Below, piece by piece: positions 8,771 through 18,294 of a stretch of 64,000 nt of DNA. A model generated the notes under the pieces. That model saw nothing but the letters and a program-made list of their open reading frames with translations, had not been told where the DNA came from and did no database searches. The number at the start of each line of letters is the position of its first letter. Position 1 is the stretch's first letter. A program made the translations under genes and the position numbers. This DNA is from Candidatus Omnitrophota bacterium (GTDB lineage Bacteria; Omnitrophota; Gorgyraeia; Zapsychrales; JBAZNR01). The stretch covers positions 207,449-271,448 of the forward strand of contig JBAZNR010000003.1 in assembly GCA_041649175.1 (NCBI GenBank). The letters run 5' to 3'.

Positions 8771-9982
8771 ATGAAATCAAAACGTTTCCTGATGCTTTCT
8801 ACGGCTTTTCTTTTTTGTTGTTTTGTTCGCCCTGCCTTTTCTGGTCCGGCTACAAAGCCTCTTCTGCCTATTTTTGATTTTCTCAATGATATTGAATATA
8901 CGAGCCGTTTTAAGATTGAATATGACGACAATATTTTCTCTGTCGAGGACAGGCAAGATTCTGATTTCCGCCAGGTTTTTACTCAGGGGCTTAGCTATCG
9001 TCTTCCAAAAGAAAACTACTATTTCGAGTGGGGATACACGGGAAATTATGCTTATTATGATCAAGAAGCCACAGGGCTTTTGGGGCATTCTGCCAATGTC
9101 CTTTATTCCTACCGTCCGTTCAGCAATGTCTCGATAGGTTTGCGCGATGATTATAATTGGCTTGGCGACAGCAAGATCTCCACAACTTTAGGAGACCGTG
9201 TTTTTGCTTTAGGTTATATTCAAAATACTCCGGCCGTCGAAGTCAAATATGAGCTCAGCCCGTCATATACACTAAAGGCGGATACGTATTATCAATTTCT
9301 CGATGTTGTGGATAGCTCCAATGATGACTTTATTGATAATAAACGCGTGGGTATTTCTTCGCAGTTGGAATATAATTTTACACCCCAGAAAAGTTTAGTT
9401 GGATTCTTAGGGCTTGGATATAGCCGCATTGATTTTTCTCAAACTGTTGAGAAGGCTTCGACAACGCAGCGGCTATTCGTTGGGGTGACGGAGAAAATTC
9501 CGGGATTGATCAAACTAACACAAGAAATTGGTTTTGCGGATATCGATATGGAAGAAAACTCCAATATGGATGACGCGAACATCGACTACAAGTTTTCCGC
9601 GGAAACAATTTTTTCCGTTTATACAAAACTTAACCTTGCGATAAATCTTAGCACCAGAAATCCGTCTTTAAGAAGTGATTATACGCAATACACCAGCAAT
9701 GCCGCTGTTTTAGGGGTCAGTCATGTGATCAGCCCAAAAACGTCGGCGGGACTTAGCTATTCTTACGAAGATCAAGATTTTTTGGCTTCGGATGTTTTGA
9801 TCGGTCAGCCCAAAGTGCATAAAAATACGCGTGTTCAAGGCTTGGAATTTGACATCGTTCGTAAAATTAAATCATGGTTGACGCTTGATTTGAAATACGA
9901 ATATACCAAGCGCGATACCGATTTTGAACAAGAAGGGTATATCGACAACAGATACAGCGCTACGTTTACGGTAAAATATTAA
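8771..9982 (+). CDS. Putative outer-membrane beta-barrel protein
   Basis: Signal peptide; alternating amphipathic strands rich in Y/T/S; C-terminal aromatic residue (…TFTVKY). A TTGACA-n18-TATACT promoter lies at 8696-8725. Confidence 0.45.
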   Translation: MKSKRFLMLSTAFLFCCFVRPAFSGPATKPLLPIFDFLNDIEYTSRFKIEYDDNIFSVEDRQDSDFRQVFTQGLSYRLPKENYYFEWGYTGNYAYYDQEATGLLGHSANVLYSYRPFSNVSIGLRDDYNWLGDSKISTTLGDRVFALGYIQNTPAVEVKYELSPSYTLKADTYYQFLDVVDSSNDDFIDNKRVGISSQLEYNFTPQKSLVGFLGLGYSRIDFSQTVEKASTTQRLFVGVTEKIPGLIKLTQEIGFADIDMEENSNMDDANIDYKFSAETIFSVYTKLNLAINLSTRNPSLRSDYTQYTSNAAVLGVSHVISPKTSAGLSYSYEDQDFLASDVLIGQPKVHKNTRVQGLEFDIVRKIKSWLTLDLKYEYTKRDTDFEQEGYIDNRYSATFTVKY

Positions 9983-9986
9983 TCTC

Positions 9987-10550
9987 ATGAAAAAAAATAT
10001 TTTTAGTTTCGGATTGTTGTTTGCAGCGGTGGCAACGCTTATATTCTTAGGGAGTGCCTTGGCACAGGACCAGGAGGAGCCGCAACGCTTGACACAAGAG
10101 GAATTTGCGGTTGAGTTGGTGCGTCAAATGCGCATGGATCAATTGTTGCCAACGGCGGCGTTGCCGAGCGACTGCGTGGAATTGTTAGATCGCATCGGGA
10201 TCGCGCCGCTAAAAGGATGGAACCATAAAGCCTTTTTAACGCGAGAAGAATATTTAGTGATCATGGCCAAGGCTCATGGAAGAGAAGGCATTGTCCATGA
10301 AAAGGCTGTAAGCGTCGAAGAGAAAAACAGGGAAGTTATTAATGTTAAGTGGCAAGAGGCGCAACAGAAGTCCGGACAGTGGTTGTCTTTGGATGAACTG
10401 CTAAATAATCGCGAATATTTTCCTCAAGGCGCGCCGAAAAGTCCCTATGGCGTAAAATATAAAGACGCCAATGGTGACCATAAAGTTGACCCCTTGTTTT
10501 TACCGATCGCTGACTTAATAAAAATGACAGAGATTTTCTCGTCACGTTGA
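9987..10550 (+). CDS. Secreted hypothetical protein
   Basis: Signal peptide ending 'ALAQD'; no recognisable domain. Confidence 0.4.
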   Translation: MKKNIFSFGLLFAAVATLIFLGSALAQDQEEPQRLTQEEFAVELVRQMRMDQLLPTAALPSDCVELLDRIGIAPLKGWNHKAFLTREEYLVIMAKAHGREGIVHEKAVSVEEKNREVINVKWQEAQQKSGQWLSLDELLNNREYFPQGAPKSPYGVKYKDANGDHKVDPLFLPIADLIKMTEIFSSR

Positions 10551-10566
10551 TAAAATTGAGCTAACT

Positions 10567-11049
10567 ATGAAGAAATTATCCGTTTTAATTGCTTTAGTGT
10601 TTATCTTGACCGGCTGTGCCCGCGTAACCGAAGTAACTAAAGCGCTTTGGGGCTCTTCGACGAGGGCTCTTGAAGATTCCCGCGTTGATGCTATTTCAAA
10701 AACCTTTCCGTGCTCTTTCGATGATTCCTTTAATGAGGTTTTAAAGATTGCGGCCGCCGGTGTTCCCGCTCCCGTTTTAACCGATGCGGATGACGATGCC
10801 AACGCCAACGCTAGCGTGAGCGCTGAAGAAGTGAAGCTGACAGTTTTTATTAAAGACCGGAAGCGAAGCCGTATTGTCCTGATGAATATTCCTAATAGTA
10901 TTCCAACGACCGAAGTTGGGGTTTTTTTCTTGAGCCTTGGCCCGAGCGAAACAAAAATTGAAATTGCTTCGCTGAGCCCATCAGCTAAAACGACCGCTGC
11001 AGAAATATTATTCTCAAGGCTAAGCCAGGCATTTCCCGCTATCAAATAG
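10567..11049 (+). CDS. Lipoprotein, hypothetical
   Basis: Lipobox 'ILTGC' after an N-terminal hydrophobic segment. The + strand is preferred over the overlapping antisense ORF 10542-11045. Confidence 0.5.
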   Translation: MKKLSVLIALVFILTGCARVTEVTKALWGSSTRALEDSRVDAISKTFPCSFDDSFNEVLKIAAAGVPAPVLTDADDDANANASVSAEEVKLTVFIKDRKRSRIVLMNIPNSIPTTEVGVFFLSLGPSETKIEIASLSPSAKTTAAEILFSRLSQAFPAIK

Positions 11050-11056
11050 AAAACTT

Positions 11057-11326
11057 ATGGTTAGAGTTGATATTTTGATCCAACCAAGCCAAGATTGCTC
11101 GCAGACAGAAAAAGCGATACGGGTTGCCTCGAAAATCGCCAATGTTCCGGTCCAGGTCAATAAAACAAGTAAATTTGCAGAGTATGCTCATTGCGCTATT
11201 AATCCGTCTCAAACGCCGATCATTATTATAAGCGGGCATGTTGAATTTGCCGGCCGAACGCCTGAAGTTGATATTGTAGCGAAGAAATTAGTCGAATATA
11301 ACCGTCAGTCAAATCCAAACTTTTAG
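11057..11326 (+). CDS. Small thioredoxin-fold-like hypothetical protein (ArsD-like architecture?)
   Basis: 89 aa with a beta-alpha-beta pattern 'VRVDILIQPSQDCS...PIIIISGHVEFAGRTP'; single Cys, no CxxC. Confidence 0.25.
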   Translation: MVRVDILIQPSQDCSQTEKAIRVASKIANVPVQVNKTSKFAEYAHCAINPSQTPIIIISGHVEFAGRTPEVDIVAKKLVEYNRQSNPNF

Positions 11327-11334
11327 CTATTCCC

Positions 11335-11850
11335 ATGATCGAACACGAACTTCTTTTTTTAGGTTTACTGATGCGCGGTCCAAAACATGGCTACGAAATT
11401 AAACGCCAGATCGAAGACGAATTATTTCCATTTATCGGCTTAAAGATCAAATCTATCTATTATCCTCTAAAGAAAATGGAAGAATTAGGTTTGGTGAATA
11501 AAGATGTCGGGCGGGAAGGGAAATGGCCGGAAAAATTTGTTTACAGCATCACGCCAAAAGGCGAAAAGATCTTTAATCACCTGATCAATGAAAGCTTTTT
11601 ATCTATCGAAAGGCCGTATTTTAACGTTGATTTGGCGCTATATTTCTTGCAATACGTTGACCGGAAAATTGCCTGGCGCAGATTGAAAGCCAGGGTTATT
11701 CTTTTGAGGAGAATTCGCCGCGACTTAGAGGGAATGAAATCAACCATCAAATCAGCCGATGTTCATCTCCAGATCATCTTGGAACACGAGTTAGATCTAG
11801 TGACCGCAGAAATAAAATCCATCGACCGCCTTATTGATACTCTCGAATAG
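11335..11850 (+). CDS. PadR-family transcriptional regulator
   Basis: N-terminal winged helix 'GPKHGYEIKRQIEDE...YYPLKKMEELGLV' typical of PadR; C-terminal coiled-coil extension. Confidence 0.7.
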   Translation: MIEHELLFLGLLMRGPKHGYEIKRQIEDELFPFIGLKIKSIYYPLKKMEELGLVNKDVGREGKWPEKFVYSITPKGEKIFNHLINESFLSIERPYFNVDLALYFLQYVDRKIAWRRLKARVILLRRIRRDLEGMKSTIKSADVHLQIILEHELDLVTAEIKSIDRLIDTLE

Positions 11851-11974
11851 TTCATCCAAACCCTACCTTTTCAGCTCCTTTATATATAAGTATTTATCTG
11901 TAATATTTTCTTGACAAAGGGGAATTGCGTATTAAAATCAGACTAGTAAAATTTAACTATTTAGGGGGTTTTCT

Positions 11975-13498
11975 ATGAAAGTTAAGCAATTGCTAGAGGA
12001 TAGAGCGCTGGTTTTTGCTCAAAAACCGGCGGTTATCTTCAAAAATAACATAATTACCTTCAGCCAGCTGCGCGATAATGTCTTTAAGCTAGTCGACGCG
12101 CTTAAAGCCTGCGGTGTTTCCAAAGGTGATAAAGTTGCTATTTTTTTGCCAAATTGCCCGGAATATGTGTACAGCTATTTAGCTCTTTTTTCGTTAGGCG
12201 CGGTCGTTGTTCCTCTTGATTTTATGTTAAAGATTGATGAGTTAACGGCGTGTTTAGATCATTCTGAAACCAAGTTTTTGATCGCCAAGCAAAATAATGA
12301 TGTTCTTCTTCGCGATGTCCAAAATAATGTTTCCAGCTTGAGCAAAATTATTGTTCTGGGCGAAGAAATTCCCGGAACGATCTCATTCGAGAGAATTGTT
12401 TCATCGGCAAAAGCTCAGGCGCCGGCCGTTGATGTTAATGACCAAGACCCGTCGCTGATTATGTATACGTCCGGAACAACCGGAAAGCCAAAGGGAATTT
12501 TGCTTAACTATCGTCATCTCAACGGTTCTCCGAAGGCGATGGAACATTTTGTAGATTTGTCCGACAAAGATGTGAAATTATCGGCGCTTCCGCTTAGCCA
12601 TATCGCCGGGCTTATTTATATTCAAAATTGCCTGATGTTCGGGATCACGTTAATTTTAATGGAACGGTTTCATCCCGTGGAATTCTTGAAAAATGTGGAA
12701 CAATACAAGGTTACATGTTTTCATGTTGTACCGGCGATGTATACGGCATTTTTGATGTTAAAAGAAATTGAGAAATTTAACTTATCTTCTTTGCGCTGGA
12801 TCGTTGTTTTTGGCGCACCTAGTTCTCCGGAGTTGTTGCGCCGTTTTCACCAGTATTGCCCTAACGCGCGTTTTCTAAACGGCTGGGGTATGACCGAAAC
12901 CTGTCCGCCTAATACCGTAACGCCTTTAGGAAGCGATAAAATTGAAAGCGTGGGCAAGCCTTCGCCGCATTGTGAGATTAAAATTGTTAATGAAAATGAT
13001 ATTGAAGTTAAATCCACAGAAATTGGCGAAGTTGTTATTCGCGGCTGGGTGGTGATGGACGGATATTATAAAGATCCGGAAACGAACAAAGAACTCATCC
13101 GTAACGGTTGGTTTCATACGGGTGATCTGGGGCGGTTTGACCAAGAAGGATACTTGTATATCGTCGGACGCAAGAAAGAGATGATCAAAGTCGGCGGACA
13201 AATTGTTTACGCGCCGGAAGTGGAAGCGGCTTTGCATAAACACGCGGCCGTTTTTGAAGTGGCGGTTGTCGGAATTCCTGATCAGCTGCGTGGAGAAGCG
13301 GTGAAGGCATTTGTTTCTTTGAAAGAAAAGGGAAGCGTTTCGGCGGAAGACTTACGTTATTTCGCGCGTGAGCATTTGGCGCATTTTAAAGTTCCGCATG
13401 AGATTGAAATTTTAGATGTTTTGCCAAAGAATAGAACGGGGAAGATCGATAAAGAACTATTAAAGAGAGGATTAGACAATGTCAGAAATGAAGCGTGA
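11975..13498 (+). CDS. AMP-dependent synthetase/ligase (acyl-CoA or aryl-CoA ligase)
   Basis: AMP-binding motif 'YTSGTTGKPKG'; A8-like 'GWFHTGDLGRFDQEGYLYIVGRKKEMIK'; C-terminal 'PKNRTGKI'. Confidence 0.8.
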   Translation: MKVKQLLEDRALVFAQKPAVIFKNNIITFSQLRDNVFKLVDALKACGVSKGDKVAIFLPNCPEYVYSYLALFSLGAVVVPLDFMLKIDELTACLDHSETKFLIAKQNNDVLLRDVQNNVSSLSKIIVLGEEIPGTISFERIVSSAKAQAPAVDVNDQDPSLIMYTSGTTGKPKGILLNYRHLNGSPKAMEHFVDLSDKDVKLSALPLSHIAGLIYIQNCLMFGITLILMERFHPVEFLKNVEQYKVTCFHVVPAMYTAFLMLKEIEKFNLSSLRWIVVFGAPSSPELLRRFHQYCPNARFLNGWGMTETCPPNTVTPLGSDKIESVGKPSPHCEIKIVNENDIEVKSTEIGEVVIRGWVVMDGYYKDPETNKELIRNGWFHTGDLGRFDQEGYLYIVGRKKEMIKVGGQIVYAPEVEAALHKHAAVFEVAVVGIPDQLRGEAVKAFVSLKEKGSVSAEDLRYFAREHLAHFKVPHEIEILDVLPKNRTGKIDKELLKRGLDNVRNEA

Positions 13499-14231
13499 TA
13501 TTCATTTAACCGGAAAAGACTTAATGGGCATGGTTCAGCTTCGTCCAAGCGATATTGGAAAATATGCCATCGTTCCCGGGCCCAAAGAGCGGCTGGATAG
13601 CTTGCTTAAAAAGATCGAAAATCCGGTTAAGAATTTTTCTTTTATGGAATATACGATGTATACCGGAATGCATGCCGGAACAAAAATTACCGCGATCAAT
13701 GGCGGACGTTTTTCGGCAGATACGGCGATTACGACGGAAATTCTGTGTAACGCCGAAGCGCAATATATGATCCGCATCGGAAGCTGTGGTGTTTTACGCG
13801 AAGATATTAAGGTCGGAGATTTGATCGTTGCGGACAGTGCTTTGCGTGGTGACGGCGTAACGCCGTATTATGTGGATAGCAATTTTCAGCCCCAGGCGGA
13901 TAGCGCGGCAACAAAAACACTGATCGATGTTGCCAAGCAGTCGGGCTTAAATGTCCATACGGGTAAAGTTTGGTCGACGGATGCGATTTTGCGCGAGACA
14001 AAAGACGTGGTCAACGGCGCTATTAAGAAAGATGCGATCGCGGTAGATATGGTCACGTCGGTTTTCTTAACGCTGGCTCAACTTTATAAAGTGCGGGCTG
14101 TCGCGATTTTAGCAGTAAGTGACAACATTATTACCGGCGAAATGGGATTCTTAAATCCCGGTTATTATATGGCGGAAGGGGCGATGATCTCCATCGCCTT
14201 AAATTGGGTTAAGAAACTCGAGAATAAATAA
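13479..14231 (+). CDS. Nucleoside phosphorylase, PNP/UDP family 1 (purine/uridine/MTA-type)
   Basis: 'IRIGSCGVL...GDLIVADSALRGDG' phosphorylase core; 250 aa; lies upstream of MtnA/MtnB-like genes. Confidence 0.6.
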   Translation: MSEMKRDIHLTGKDLMGMVQLRPSDIGKYAIVPGPKERLDSLLKKIENPVKNFSFMEYTMYTGMHAGTKITAINGGRFSADTAITTEILCNAEAQYMIRIGSCGVLREDIKVGDLIVADSALRGDGVTPYYVDSNFQPQADSAATKTLIDVAKQSGLNVHTGKVWSTDAILRETKDVVNGAIKKDAIAVDMVTSVFLTLAQLYKVRAVAILAVSDNIITGEMGFLNPGYYMAEGAMISIALNWVKKLENK

Positions 14232-14234
14232 TTC

Positions 14235-15203
14235 ATGAAAGAATCTCCACTATTTTGGCCGGTGCAGTTTAAAGGAAGTTATTTTCTCGTTTTAGACGAG
14301 ACATTGATTCCCAAAAAACTTCACTATGTAAAAGTGGATAGCGTCAAAGCGGCGGTGGACGTTATCCGTCAGATGAAGACGCGCGCCTTTGGACAGTTTT
14401 TGGTTGTATTAAGCACATTTTTGGTTGTTCTTAAAAAAAGCGAGAAAAAAGACTCTGGGCAGCTTTTTGAAGCTCTTCAAAAAGCTGCCCAAGCCCTAAA
14501 CGCCAGCCGTCCGACTTTTCCGTTTTCTGAAGTGACGGGAATGGTTTTGCATTGGGCCAATCAAGCTCTTCAAGAAAAAAAAGATTTGGTATCGTTTTTG
14601 GAAAAGAATATTAACGGATTTTTATCCGGAATTCGCGCACGTCGTTTGGAACGAGTAAATCGTATTGCCGAATTAATGAAAGAGGGAAGTCGTGTTTTAA
14701 CACATTGTAATGTGAGCGGTGAGCTCGCCATGGCAGCATCCATTTGTCAGGAGCAGAAAAAACAAATTAGCTTTTTTGCTACAGAAACGCGTCCTTTTTT
14801 ACAAGGTGCTAAATTAACGTGTTGGGAACTGCAAAGAATAGGCGCTGACGTGACGTTGATCGCTGATAATGCCATCGGAACTTTGTTCGGCAATCACCTG
14901 ATCGATATGGTGATCGTCGGCTCTGATCGTTCCTGCGCTAACGGAGATTTTGCCAATAAGATCGGAACATATCAAATCGCTGTTTTGGCCAAAGAATTCA
15001 ATGTTCCGTTTTATGCCTTAACTCAGCCGTCGAATAAAATTCCCAAAGGCGACGATATTCCTATTGAAATTCGCGATGAGAAAGAATTATTAGAATTTAA
15101 CCGTAAGCGCATTGCCCCAAAAGCAGTGAAAGGTTTTTATCCGGGATTTGATGTCGTTACGCGCGATTTTATTAAAGAGGCCATTGCCATCAATGTTAAT
15201 TAA
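14235..15203 (+). CDS. mtnA: 5-methylthioribose-1-phosphate isomerase-like (MtnA/eIF-2B family)
   Basis: 'VLTHCNVSGELA', 'TETRPFLQGAKLTCWEL', 'VIVGSDRSCANGDFANKIGTY', C-terminal 'YPGFDVVT' are hallmarks of the eIF2B/MtnA fold. Confidence 0.65.
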   Translation: MKESPLFWPVQFKGSYFLVLDETLIPKKLHYVKVDSVKAAVDVIRQMKTRAFGQFLVVLSTFLVVLKKSEKKDSGQLFEALQKAAQALNASRPTFPFSEVTGMVLHWANQALQEKKDLVSFLEKNINGFLSGIRARRLERVNRIAELMKEGSRVLTHCNVSGELAMAASICQEQKKQISFFATETRPFLQGAKLTCWELQRIGADVTLIADNAIGTLFGNHLIDMVIVGSDRSCANGDFANKIGTYQIAVLAKEFNVPFYALTQPSNKIPKGDDIPIEIRDEKELLEFNRKRIAPKAVKGFYPGFDVVTRDFIKEAIAINVN

Positions 15204-15675
15204 TAGTAAGCGTTCTTGCATTTTGTTGCATGGATTAATTCGCGATGAATTCTTGAAAGGTCTTCTCCAAGAAAAAGCGGAAAGTATTGTGGTTTTGGAA
15301 GGGCGGCCACATTTGTCCGGAGCGAAAATATTATGCGCGAAACTTCTTAAAAATAAAATCACACCAACGCTAATCAGTGACAATATGAGTGGTTTTCTTT
15401 TCTTTAAAGATTGCGTAAAGGAAGTTTGGCTGGCGTATCAGGAGAAAAATGAACAAGGCGCGCTGTGTGATTGTGGGGGGCTTATCTTAGGTGTTCTGGC
15501 AAAACGTCATGGCGTTTCGCTGCGCCTGTTTCCATCTGGGCGCCGCCAGGATCTTATGGCTAAGGAAAGGGATATCTTTTATTTTAACAAAATGCGTGTC
15601 GCGCCCAAAGGCGTCAAGGGGTATGTACCGCTTTTAGAATGGGTTCCTAATGAATATATTACGAAAGCTAATTAA
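15148..15675 (+). CDS. Truncated MtnA/eIF-2B-like paralog (C-terminal half only)
   Basis: Aligns with the C-terminal half of the preceding gene ('EGRPHLSGAKILCAKLL...TLISDN', 'RVAPKGVKGYVPLLEWV'); overlaps the previous gene by about 55 nt. Confidence 0.4.
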   Translation: MMSLRAILLKRPLPSMLINSKRSCILLHGLIRDEFLKGLLQEKAESIVVLEGRPHLSGAKILCAKLLKNKITPTLISDNMSGFLFFKDCVKEVWLAYQEKNEQGALCDCGGLILGVLAKRHGVSLRLFPSGRRQDLMAKERDIFYFNKMRVAPKGVKGYVPLLEWVPNEYITKAN

Positions 15676-16684
15676 TCCTATGAATAAAATCAAACAATTA
15701 AAGCAAGAGATCATCGAGATTGGAAAACTCATGTGGGATAAAAATCTCGCGACGGGTTTAAACGGAAATATCAGCGCGCGCGTTGAAACGGACAAGATCC
15801 TTTTAACGGCGCGCGGAACTTGCCTTGGAAAACTTAAAGAAAATGAACTTCTTTTAATGAACTTAAAAGGAGAGGTCTTAGAGCCGGGAACAGCGTCCAG
15901 CGAAAAATTATTACACATCGAGATCTATAAGAATTTTCCGGAAGTCACGGCCATTGTTCATACACATACATCGTATACAAACGGATTTTTTGCGGTGAAT
16001 AAAACCCTAACGCCTTCCACCTTTGAAACCAAATTTTATTTAGGGGAAGTGAAAGGCATTGACCAAACAACGCCGTCTGTCACGGATGCCGCGCCGGTGA
16101 TCGATGGGCTAAAAAGCAACAATATCGTTGTTTTACGCAATCACGGAACGGTGGCGATGGGAAAAAGTCTCTTTGATTGCTTTCTGCTCATTCAAGCTTT
16201 AGAAGAAGCGATCATTGTCGATAGCGTCAGCCGTTTATATCAGTTGAATTCGGTTTCTTCTCAGGGTTCAAGTGCAAAGGCGCCAGCGCAATCGTTAGCC
16301 CAAGAAAAGAAATATAAATTATTTTCCCAGGAACAAGTTGATGAAATTGTGCGGCTCATCAATGGCGATCAGGTTTTAAAAGACCTAGGGAAGAAAACCC
16401 AGATGAATATGGATTTGGCGGTTAAATTGAATGAAACCGGCGAGGTATTTAGTTTTTCATTTCAAAATGGACAAATCGCCAAAGTGGGCAGTGATGAAAA
16501 CGCGGAATTCTTGATCTCGGCTTCCAAAGATATTTGGCGGGCTGTTTTTAACCGCGAAATAGATCCCTTTGTGGCGACGACGCAAAAGAAAATGAATTTG
16601 CGCGGGGATTTCGCCAAGATCTCGCGTTGGTATGCGCCTTGCAGCCGCATTTTTGAACTTTGGCAAAGAGCACCTGTGGAATAA
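15650..16684 (+). CDS. Class II aldolase/adducin-domain protein (MtnB/Ald2-like) fused to a C-terminal SCP2-like domain
   Basis: 'LNGNISARV', 'AIVHTHTSY', 'VVLRNHGTVAMG' aldolase-II motifs; SCP2-like tail of about 110 aa; start may be the ATG at 15680. Confidence 0.6.
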   Translation: MNILRKLINPMNKIKQLKQEIIEIGKLMWDKNLATGLNGNISARVETDKILLTARGTCLGKLKENELLLMNLKGEVLEPGTASSEKLLHIEIYKNFPEVTAIVHTHTSYTNGFFAVNKTLTPSTFETKFYLGEVKGIDQTTPSVTDAAPVIDGLKSNNIVVLRNHGTVAMGKSLFDCFLLIQALEEAIIVDSVSRLYQLNSVSSQGSSAKAPAQSLAQEKKYKLFSQEQVDEIVRLINGDQVLKDLGKKTQMNMDLAVKLNETGEVFSFSFQNGQIAKVGSDENAEFLISASKDIWRAVFNREIDPFVATTQKKMNLRGDFAKISRWYAPCSRIFELWQRAPVE

Positions 16685-16691
16685 AAGAATT

Positions 16692-18191
16692 ATGAAAACA
16701 GTAAGCGACATCAGCCAATTCGAATTATTTATAGACGGAAAGAAACAAAAACCGTTATCAGGGCGGTATTTTGACAGCATTAGTCCGTCGACAGGCGAGA
16801 TCGTCGCCAGATTGGCCGATGGTAATGTGGATGACGCGAAAGCGGCTATTGCCGCGGCCAGGCGAGCTTTTGACGCGGGAATTTGGACAAAATGTTCCGT
16901 TCCTGAGCGAGGAAAGTATTTGATTCGCATTGCCGAACTTATTCGGGAGAACGCAAAAGAGCTAGCGCAATTAGAATGCATTGATACCGGAAAGACAATT
17001 AAACAAACAACATTTATTGACGTTCCGACTTGCGCGGATACGTTTGAATATTTTGGAAAAATTGAACAGCCGTTACAGGAGAGCTATTTGGCTGTTGCCG
17101 CGCCGGTCAAAAGCTTGATCCGACGTGAACCCGTTGGTGTTGCGGGTTGTGTTATTCCATGGAATTATCCCTTGATCATGGCGGCTTGGAAAATTGCTCC
17201 GGCATTGGTTTCCGGGAATGCGATCGTTTTTAAGCCGGCACAATTAGCCAGTGTTTCTATTATGCGATTAGCCGAGATCATTGAACATGCCGGATTGCCT
17301 AAGGGTGTTATTAATTTTGTTTCCGGAAGCGGACAAAGTGTGGGAAGCGAGCTAGCACGAAACGCGGATGTGGATATGATAAATTTTACCGGAAGTACGG
17401 CAACGGGTCAGGAAATTATGCGACTCGCCGCCTCCAATACAAAAAAAATCTGTCTGGAGCTCGGCGGCAAGTCGCCGAACATCATTTTCGCCGATTGCGA
17501 CTTAGAAGCAGCCGTGGGTGGGGCTATGTCAGCGATCTTTATGAATCAAGGGCAAATGTGCACGGCAGGTTCGCGGCTTTTATTAGAAGATAAAATTTAT
17601 GATGAATTCATGGCCGCGCTTATCAAAAAAACCAAAGCCTTGAAGATCGGCAACAGTATTAATTACGATACGGATTTTGGTCCACTCATTAGCGCGCAAC
17701 AAAGAGAGCAGGTTTTAAATTTCATTAAGATCGGCATTAAAGAAGGCGCAAAATTATCGTGTGGCGGGAAAATCCCGGAATCAGCTGATTTAAAAAACGG
17801 ATTTTTCTTAGAGCCGGCCATTTTTGAAAATGTGAAGAATTCCATGACGATCGCGCAAGAAGAGATTTTCGGGCCGGTTTTGGCAGTCATAAAATTTTCC
17901 GGCGAAGAGGAAGCCGTAAAAATCGCCAATGATACAAAATACGGCTTAGCCGCATGTGTATGGACAAAAGATCCCCAAAAAGCAAATACGGTCGCGCGCC
18001 AACTTCGTTGCGGGACAGTGTGGATCAATACGTATGGCGGATTTTATAATGAAGCGCCGTTTGGCGGATACAAACAAAGCGGTTTTGGCAGAGAATTAGG
18101 TACCGACGGGCTTTTAGAATACAGCCAAGTCAAACATATTTGCGCTGATCAAACGCCCGGCGGAAGGCCTTTAGTGTCGGGGTGGTTTTGA
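16692..18191 (+). CDS. NAD(P)-dependent aldehyde dehydrogenase
   Basis: ALDH motifs 'VIPWNYPL', 'ELGGKSP', catalytic Cys context 'QGQMCTAGSR', 'EEIFGPV'. The ATG at 16692 is chosen rather than the overlapping upstream start. Confidence 0.8.
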   Translation: MKTVSDISQFELFIDGKKQKPLSGRYFDSISPSTGEIVARLADGNVDDAKAAIAAARRAFDAGIWTKCSVPERGKYLIRIAELIRENAKELAQLECIDTGKTIKQTTFIDVPTCADTFEYFGKIEQPLQESYLAVAAPVKSLIRREPVGVAGCVIPWNYPLIMAAWKIAPALVSGNAIVFKPAQLASVSIMRLAEIIEHAGLPKGVINFVSGSGQSVGSELARNADVDMINFTGSTATGQEIMRLAASNTKKICLELGGKSPNIIFADCDLEAAVGGAMSAIFMNQGQMCTAGSRLLLEDKIYDEFMAALIKKTKALKIGNSINYDTDFGPLISAQQREQVLNFIKIGIKEGAKLSCGGKIPESADLKNGFFLEPAIFENVKNSMTIAQEEIFGPVLAVIKFSGEEEAVKIANDTKYGLAACVWTKDPQKANTVARQLRCGTVWINTYGGFYNEAPFGGYKQSGFGRELGTDGLLEYSQVKHICADQTPGGRPLVSGWF

Positions 18192-18294
18192 CTGAACAGC
18201 CCGAGAGTAGTTGGCATATTTTTATTAACAAACATTGTTCGATTGATAAAGAAGCTTCGAAAAACTTAACACAAACAAAAAGGGGGAAGTCAGC

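Noticed and set aside
10542-11045. 167-aa antisense ORF overlapping the lipoprotein gene
   Set aside because: The + strand ORF has a clear signal peptide and lipobox and matches the operon direction; the antisense frame has no motif or RBS.
11851-11974. Promoter upstream of the acyl-CoA ligase gene
   Set aside because: TTGACA is present at 11910, but no convincing -10 at 16-18 nt spacing, so it was not listed as a feature.
16457-16981. 174-aa minus-strand ORF spanning the aldolase/ALDH junction
   Set aside because: It overlaps two well-supported + strand genes with conserved motifs and has no start context.
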